DNA of 64,000 nt from Chrysomallon squamiferum (Eukaryota; Animalia; Mollusca), in the NCBI GenBank assembly GCA_012295275.1, contig CM022677.1, positions 18,166,001 through 18,230,000 of the forward strand, written 5' to 3'. A model generated the notes under the pieces. The model saw nothing but the letters and a program-made list of their open reading frames with translations. It made no database searches and was not told the origin of the DNA. Made by a program: the position numbers and the translations under genes. Shown one piece after another: positions 55,738 to 64,000 of the stretch. The stretch's first letter is position 1. Every line of letters begins with the position of its first letter.

Positions 55738-56258
55738 TGGCCATTATTATCATTTACTTTATCTATTTGTTTGTTATATTGCTTTTAACGGTGTATAAAA
55801 TTAAATAAAATATTTACATAAGATTTTAAAAGTAAATTAATATCTTACATATGCCGAAAATCTCGAATAAATCATTGTAACTTCAACCATAATATTATAA
55901 CAATGAGAAGAAAGAAATATACACACAATTTCTTTAGCAAGAGTAATCGAAATTAATTTTGAAAATACAGTATTATCCGTAGGGAACGAATAAGGAGATC
56001 GGAACTGTGCACTCTTATCCTGTATCTGTAGCAGCAGTGATAGAAGTTGTACTACTAATAGCAATAACAGTAGTAGTAGTAGCAGTAGTAGTATGACAGT
56101 AATAGTAGTAGAAGTAGCAGCAGTAGTAGTAATAATAAAAGTGGTAGTAGTAGTAGAAATATTAGTAATAACAGGAGTAACAATAGGCGTCGTCGTAGTA
56201 ATAGTAGTCGTCATCACTGTAATAGAAGCTAAATTACGTGTTTCATAAAAGTACTTAC

Positions 56259-56571
56259 CTCAGACGGTTCTCTTTTCGGAAAACTAAATCGACGCTAGAA
56301 AAACAGCGCGTTTTATGTATGCTCTGTCTTAACATACCAGCCAATCATACACAGAGATACACAGAAACGACGAGTTTTGTTAAAGAATTTTTAAAACATA
56401 AATTAATAACAAAAAAAAAAAAAAAAAAAAGGAGAGAACGATCGTTAATTAATTACGACTGGTCGTTATTCAAAGTCGTATTGACGTAACGTAAATCCGC
56501 TGGTAAAGTCTTAATTTAAAAAAATGACGTTTTCTTTCATCACGTTAATAAGTCGGTTCATGAATTGGTAA
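56259..56571 (-). promoter_or_regulatory. Promoter and non-coding exon 1 of GPCR B3
   Basis: Minus strand: TTACCAATTCATGAAC 56571-56556; perfect 18-mer 56542-56525; TGATTGG 56347-56341; CATAAAA 56317-56311; donor GAG|GTAAGT at 56258. Confidence 0.7.
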
Positions 56572-57152
56572 CGTTCGTTTTAAACGATTGTTTTGGGAAG
56601 AAAGAAAGTAGGAAGGAAATGAACAACATGGAAAGTACATCAAATAAAAAAAATTATTAATTTATTTTTGTTCTGCAGTTTTCTGCATTATGTACTTTTG
56701 AAGAAGACTTTAATGAAAAGATAGTATTCACTTTTCATTTTTTTCTTCTGTTCTTTCGGCGCCTTTCCGAACAAGCTACGAATTATTTCACTGCAAAACT
56801 ACTGAATTTCTACGATCGTTGTTAAAGGGAGAATGATAGGAAACCAATACAATGTATTGTTCCTTTTTTATTTATTTTTTTATTTTTTTTTCAATGGCAG
56901 ACGTAATCAATCTGATTAATTTGTCTTTGAAACCGAGTTATATTGATGTCAGCAAAAGAAAAAGAAAACTATTTTGTGTGCACATTTAGTTTTCTTGTCC
57001 GAATTTCTTTTCTTTTCTTTTCTTTTTGATTTTTTCGTTTTGTTTCTTGTAGTTTCTTGTTGTTTCTTTATCTATGATATTCTCTATAACATCGTCTCTT
57101 ATAATGCATACGAAAATATAAATGATTTCCTCTGAGCGTGAACAAGATCATT

Positions 57153-57238
<86 letters not shown>

Positions 57239-57279
57239 CATATATATATATATATATATGCAGCTTTGTATGCATATAT

Positions 57280-57460
57280 TTGGGATTTGAATATTCTCTG
57301 TCTTATGTACGTCTGATTAGACTCTGCACATAGACAATATTTGAGAACACACTGGCGCAGGAGGACAAAGTCCAATCACGACCTCACAAACCCGTCAGAT
57401 GCCGCTGACGAGACTCGAACGTATGTCACCCATTCACCTGCATTCCAGCTGGAAGACCAT
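57280..57460 (-). mobile_element. tRNA-derived SINE-like repeat
   Basis: Reverse complement of the 43410-43556 element (gactcgaac at 57412-57420). Confidence 0.65.
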
Positions 57461-57731
57461 AAAACAAGTCACAGACACAAGCTATGTATGTACGTATATG
57501 TATGTATGTATGTATATAAAAGTATGTATGTAGTTATGTGTGTGTATGTATGTATGTATGTATGTTTGTGTGTATGTATGTATGTATCATTATCTATTTC
57601 TGTCATTCCTTTTAACTATTGGTCTCTGTGTTTGTATCTATCTCACTCTTTATCTAACTATTCGTCCATTGTTCAGGGCCTTGTAAAATTAGGCACCAGC
57701 TATTTCCACAATTTATCACAATCTTCAAAAA

Positions 57732-57794
<63 letters not shown>

Positions 57795-57964
57795 ATATTG
57801 AAAGAGATAAACCAAACAGTTAAAAGTTAAAATTTGCCAATCATTGCAGTTTGTTCCATTGGTAATTCAAAATAAATATGCTTAACGAAATCACACCGAT
57901 AGATACATATACAGATAGACATGGAGACAGATAGACAAGCACTTAAACAGATAGACTGATAGAA

Positions 57965-57995
<31 letters not shown>

Positions 57996-58302
57996 TATAT
58001 AGATAGACAGACGTAGATATAGATATAGATTGCAAGCCCTCATTGTATCCAGATTCGCAGTTAGAGTTGTTAGCTGTTCATCTATGACGTTAATCAATGT
58101 TTTTACTGTTACTGTTTAGGTTATAATATGTCTGTTATTGATTACACATTTGTTCACAATTTTCTCTGTGTTGCAATACAGTTAGAAGCTTTTACATAAT
58201 CAGGTATTTATTTTTATTGTTTTCTTCCTTCTGTTTTCTTTCTTTCTTTCTTTTTTTTTTTAGTCTTTTTTGGTTTCTGTTTTCATCATCGTAATGATGA
58301 TG

Positions 58303-58379
<77 letters not shown>

Positions 58380-58383
<4 letters not shown>

Positions 58384-58710
58384 AGTAGTAGTAGCAGTAG
58401 TAGTCATAGTACTAGTAGGAGAGGTTGTGATATTAATAGAACTAGTAGTAGTAGTAACAGTAGTAGTAGTAGTAATAGTAGTAGTAGTAAAAGTAGCAAC
58501 AGTAGTAGTAGTAGTAGCAATAGTAGTAGTAGTAGTAGCAATAGTAGTAGTAGTAGTAGCAATAGTAGTAGTAGTAGTAACAGCAATAGTAGTAGTAGTA
58601 GTAGCAATAGTAGTAGTAGTAGCAATAGTAGTAGTAGCAATAGTAGTAGCAATAGTAGTAGTAGTAGTAGTAGTAGTAGCAATAATAGTAGTAGTAGTAG
58701 TAGTAGTATG
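58380..58710. repeat. (AGT/AGC/AAT)n microsatellite
   Basis: Directly visible. Confidence 0.9.
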
Positions 58711-58771
58711 TTTTTTATATTACACATAGTTTGTTCCTTTTTAATGCTTCTATTTTGCTTTTATTGTTGTT

Positions 58772-58858
<87 letters not shown>

Positions 58859-59007
58859 CGTCTGTGTATGTCTGTCTGAATATTATTTTTCTATCGTGTT
58901 TTATTAAAGAATAGTACTGAGAGTGGAATTTTTAATTTTATTATTAAAATCGTTTCATCAAACGTAAAGGAAAAAAAAAAAACATTAAGTGTTTTAACTA
59001 TGGTTTT

Positions 59008-59167
59008 TTGGGATTGTATATTCTCTGACTTATGTACGTCTGATTAGACTCTGCACACAGACAATATTCGGGAACGCACTGGCGCAGGAGGACAAAGTTC
59101 AATCACGACCTCACAAACCCGTCAGATGCCGCTGACGAGACTCGAACGTGTGACACCCATTCAGCTG
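59008..59167 (-). mobile_element. tRNA-derived SINE-like repeat
   Basis: Near-identical to the 57280-57460 copy, including the 3' extension. Confidence 0.65.
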
Positions 59168-60080
59168 TGTGTGCGTGTGTGTGGCTAGATGGGTGGATGT
59201 ATGTATGTATGTATATATGTATATGCACGTATGGATCAATATAATGTGGATTGATTGATGGTTGGATGTATGAGTAGATGTATACAGGCATATATCTATG
59301 TATTTAATGTATGTATGGATGGATGGATGGATGGATGCATGATGACGATAATGATAATAATTTTAAGAAGAAGAAGATGAAGAAGAAAAGGATTTTTTGA
59401 TAATAATTTAAAGAGATGTAAATCAGAAGATATTGTTGATTTCTCGTCACTATTCCTAACATGAACTGACATGTCTGTAAATACACACAAACTTAGTTTT
59501 ACTGCCCGGACGTTCAAAGTAATGTTACTACTACTACTACTACAACAACAACTACTACTACTGCAACAACAACAACAACTACTACTATTACTACTACTAC
59601 TACTATTACTCTACTACTTCTACTACTACTAGTCTACTAGTACTACTGCTACTACTATACTGCTAGTACTACTACTACGACTACTTCTAGTAGTAGTAAT
59701 AATAATAATATAATAATAATAGTAGTAGTAGTATTAGCAGTGTAGTAGTAGTAGTACTAGTAGAGTAGTAGTAGTAATAATAATAATAATAATAATAATA
59801 ATAGTTATAGTAGTAGTAATAGTAGTATCAGTATTAGTAATAAAGAAAAATACAACAGACACGTTATGTAGTAAATGTTCTTATTTTATTTAAGATATTT
59901 TTTAATACTACAAAACATAAAATAAAAATAAAAGAAGCTTTATCAATGTGTTGGCGCTTTGAATCAAATCAGTTTAATTAAATTATAAACATTTTAATAT
60001 TTATAAATATACTTATTATAAATATTATTTATATGGCTTTATAAATCAAACTGATCACTTCTATAAAGTATAGAAATAAA

Positions 60081-60330
60081 GAGTTTAATTCCAAAACGCG
60101 GTAAGCGCCAAAATCAAAATTTAAAAAAAAAAAAACGCCACCATATATTCAACTTTTGACGGCTTTTCAACGCCCCATAATCACTTTCCCCAAAAAATTC
60201 TACATCAACCGCTGTTCTACGCATTAGACTAGAAACCTTCGTAGCATAAACGTTATAAACTCCAGAGCAGATAATAGTCATTTTTCTCAAAACAAAGAAA
60301 AAGGATTTACAGCGTTTTGGAACCAAACTC
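60081..60330. mobile_element. MITE with about 24-bp terminal inverted repeats
   Basis: GAGTTTAATTCCAAAACGCGGTAA ... TTACAGCGTTTTGGAACCAAACTC. No coding capacity. The TSD is not clear. Confidence 0.6.
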
Positions 60331-60742
60331 TTCAAATATTTTGGCTCAATCAATGAATCAGATCAGCGAATTCAAAATATAAATATTTTCGTATGAATAA
60401 TAGGTTCATTCATTCAGTCAAATCTCTGTCTTTAAAATACAATAGTCTTCTTATCAATCGTTTTAGCTCATTCAATCAATCAAACATTGTTTTAAAAAAA
60501 GGTAATAAATACAAATAATAAAATAAAATAAAATAAAATAAAATAAAATAAAATAAAATAAAATAAAATAAAATAAAATAAAAAACGTTATGAATCATTT
60601 GATGGAATGAATCAAATCACTGTCATAAAAATAAAAAATAAATAATTTCTGATAAATCTGTATGGCGCTTTCAGTGAATCAAATCGCTCTCATTAAACAC
60701 AACTGAATTTATTCGGTAGACCTTCTATTACAGTAAACACCT

Positions 60743-61899
60743 TCAAAGATTCTGCACACTCGCTGAAATGGTCGAAAGCGAAATTCTATGAACTGCAGAG
60801 TTTTCACTATCAGTCGTGTTCCCTTCTCGTGTGTTCTGCTCTCGTGCGTTTGGAATCGTCCTGAAGCTTATAAACTTTCGTCTCATTATGTCCCTGTAGT
60901 TCGACGAAGACCCAATCAAGATGTAGAAGTTCTGTGCAAAGTTCAACATGTAGATCACGTTCCAATATGGCCACAGCGCGTAACCCAGATCCTGAGCTTT
61001 CGAATCGGACTTGGTCAGCTTGAAGAAACTGTCGATGCACTCTGCAACAGACACCGGTAGCAACGTCACGAAGGCGAGCACAGAAATCATCACCAGAGGG
61101 CGGGTCGACGCGTCTTTTTGTTTCTGATTGGCCGAGCCCGTCCTTGACCTCAAAACGTACTTCTGAACTGGTTCCCGCGCTTGATGTGCACGACGGACAA
61201 AACGTTGAGGACGAAAATGATCGCGCAAGGCAGACTCGAAGACAGCAGAAGTCGAACGAAAATGACGAAATACTGAAGGTCACGTGATCCTCCGCAGACG
61301 CCATTTTGTAACCTCAGCTCGAAGAGAAACGGGCTGATTATGACGATCGAGGAAAGCAGGGCGAAAAAACAGACAGCCGCAGCTCTCGTGCGCGTGCAGA
61401 GCCGGTCACGTGACAGCGGGAAGCAGACGACGACGTATCTGTCCTGCGTCAGCCCGACCACCAGCCACGGCGACAACAGCTTCGTGAGGAAGCCGAACGA
61501 GTTGAGAACTTTGCAGACGGCGTCGCTTACGTCCACGACAACGGGAACGTCGAAGACGTGCTCGCTCTCCCTCAGGATAACCGCGACTAAAACGAGGCTA
61601 TCGGAAACCGCCAGGAACCGGAGATACACGGAGTACGAGAGCGAGTGAACTTTGACGTCGCTCATTAGAATGAACTGCAGCACGTTGCCGACAACGCCCG
61701 CGACAACGATGAAGAAATCGACGAGCCAGTGAACCGTTCCGTAACTATGGAAATGAGGCCAGCCCGTGAGAAACAGATTGGCGTTGTCGTATGCGTCGAT
61801 GACGTCGTTCTGTTTGTCGTAAATCAGAGACGTTGTTGGAAGGACTGGAGTAGACGTTTCGTTGTCGGCAAACTCCAGAGATGATGATGACGTCGACAT
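60743..61899 (-). pseudogene. Subfamily B GPCR copy 4 with a single 1-nt frameshift in ICL3 (recent pseudogene, assembly error or recoded gene)
   Basis: ORF 61899-61150 gives TM1-5 and ends ACG TTT TGA. The -1 frame continues LRSRTGSANQKQKDASTRPLV..NFAQNFY..VQNL* to 60743 with all motifs intact. Confidence 0.75.
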
Positions 61900-62077
61900 T
61901 TTTCTGAAATCTCTGCTGAAATAGATTTAAAAAAAAAAAAAAAAAGACAATCTTTAATTTGTATTTATTTGTTAATTTATTTATCATTATTTTCGTTAAT
62001 AGTAATAGCAATAGTAATAATAGTAACAGAACTAATGGTAATTATTAACAGCACTAGAAGTCGTGGTAGTAATAGTA

Positions 62078-62121
<44 letters not shown>

Positions 62122-62323
62122 ATAGTAGTAGTGGTATTTGCAATAGTAGTAGATGTATACAGAATTCGTATTTTATTGAAATATTTACTTTTTAGTACTT
62201 TCTCTTAAAAGAGAAACACACACACACACACACAGACTCATAAACTTAAATAAATAGATTTAGAGAGATAGATATCTAGGAAGATAAACTGATAAACAGA
62301 GACACTTAGAAAGAAAGATACAC

Positions 62324-62440
<117 letters not shown>

Positions 62441-62717
62441 ATATCACTTACATGCGTATTCATGCTCGGAATCAAATTTCTTTCCTGTTTCAATCGAGTG
62501 CATTTTTATATGAATTGTAAATCTATTTTACTACGCCAAGTCTGTTTTAGCAGTGTTATAAATAGACATTAAGAATAATAAATAATCGTTAGCGTTGTCT
62601 CTTCATTATCAACGAACCCTTCAATTTTACAGACGAAGTCTTCTAACGATCAATATGATTAATGATAGTTATGTAACTGAAAGAATCGTTTATTTTTAAA
62701 TCTGTCTATCTACACAC

Positions 62718-62777
<60 letters not shown>

Positions 62778-63126
62778 ACATATATATATATATATATACT
62801 AGGGTTTGCAAATTACCGATAATATCAATATCGGTAAATTACCGACAGATATTCTCAATACCAGTTTTCATACTATTTAGTTAATTTGTGCATAGGAAAA
62901 GATACTTACAGGACTTTTGTGGACACTGTTTTCTGTTACACATACTCATTTTTTTTATTATTTGACACTTATCAGACAACATTATTCATTATCCTCCTTT
63001 TCCTACCTGTCTTCAGAAAAAATCGTAAAATAAACCTTTATAGAACTTAAAATGGGTACAAAAGGTATATAAGAAATGTACATGCAATAAAAAAAAAAAA
63101 AAGAAGAAATGCGGATGCGAATTTTA

Positions 63127-63159
<33 letters not shown>

Positions 63160-63317
63160 GAGAGAGAGAAAAGGAAATTACGTTTATTATCCAAAATGCA
63201 CATCACTTTTGAGAAGTTCTGATTCATTCCTCGATACTCGAGAAGTATGACTTTGAAAAACACAAAACATCTAGTGTCTTGGGCGACAACCGAGAAGCAG
63301 GAGCCAGCTACACAGAG

Positions 63318-63378
<61 letters not shown>

Positions 63379-63914
63379 TACAATGGCATATATCACAGAT
63401 TTTATATATTGATTGGGTTTTGTTTTGTATAATATATTTGTTATTCTTTTATTCTTATTTTTATTTTATATTCTCTTACTTTACTACTACTACTACCTAA
63501 TACTATAACATAGACCACCATTACTACAATTAATACTACTGCTACTACTAATAATAATAGTAACAAAAACAATAACATTAACACGCAGAAGAAGAAGAAG
63601 AAGAAGAAGAAAAGTTATGAAATGTTTATAAAATTGTTATATTTCTTTTATCAAATAAACACACACACACAAAATTTGGATGTTCTGTTTTACTCATAAC
63701 ACTATTTATTTCATTTATTATTTATATTTATTTATTTATTTATTTATTTATTTTTTTTTTTTTTTTTTTTTTTATACTTATTTATTCGTTGGTTCATTCA
63801 CTGTTTATTTTTTTGCAATTATTTACTTGTTTCTTATGCACGTACATTAACTATCTTTTTCTGGTTAATATTTAAACACATATTCGGAAGAAGAAAAAAT
63901 CGACAAATACTCAC

Positions 63915-63985
63915 CTTGTAACTAAAATTCGCGTAGTTACGACAAACTGACGATACAGAAATGTCATCCGCATTTTGTATGTTAT
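63915..63985 (-). promoter_or_regulatory. Probable core promoter and non-coding exon 1 of GPCR B4 (upstream part beyond the window)
   Basis: Minus strand: TACAAAA 63979-63973, the conserved gacatttc, Inr-like TCAGTT 63950-63945 and donor AAG|GTGAGT at 63914. Acceptor tttcAG(cAG) at 61917-61916. Confidence 0.55.
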
Positions 63986-64000
63986 CTACATTAAAAAAAA

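Noticed and set aside
62800-62850. TAGGGTTTGCAA..TTACCGATA/TATCGGTAA hairpin as a transposon end
   Set aside because: It resembles a hAT/MITE terminus, but no partner TIR or second copy is visible in the window.

Overview
This is AT-rich, microsatellite-dense animal genomic DNA. It looks like a mollusc, possibly a coleoid cephalopod, but the taxon is inferred and not proven. The window holds a tandem cluster of orphan rhodopsin-class (class A) GPCR genes in two convergent sub-arrays. Subfamily A is on the + strand: A1 (partial, to 629), A2 7954-9081, A3 15882-17015, A4 23840-24973, a TM7/C-tail relic at 25361-25570 and A5 32277-33404. These sit in about 8-kb segmental duplication units. Subfamily B is on the - strand and is more divergent: B1 41135-39984, B2 45263-44121, B3 54379-53249 (frameshifted) and B4 61899-60743 (frameshifted). 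Each CDS is a single exon, preceded by a splice acceptor close to the ATG, a 1-3 kb intron and a short non-coding first exon. All seven promoters fully inside the window share one module: TTACCAnnTCAYGAA, then TGATGAAAGAAAACGTCA, then TGATTG(G/ACAG) placed 30-32 nt before a TATA/CATA box. This looks like a co-regulated, lineage-expanded chemoreceptor-like locus. Other notable points are the same-site frameshifts in B3 and B4, an invariant GTCACGTGAC E-box inside the CDSs, a conserved N-terminal LFL(S/T)GWPH(F/Y)H motif in subfamily B, variable pocket residue 3.32, and uORF/nonsense changes at start codons. Mobile elements include Tigger/pogo-like relics, an internally deleted Tc1/mariner element, a tRNA-like SINE (four copies) and a MITE. 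Most short ORFs in the track are microsatellite or antisense artefacts.
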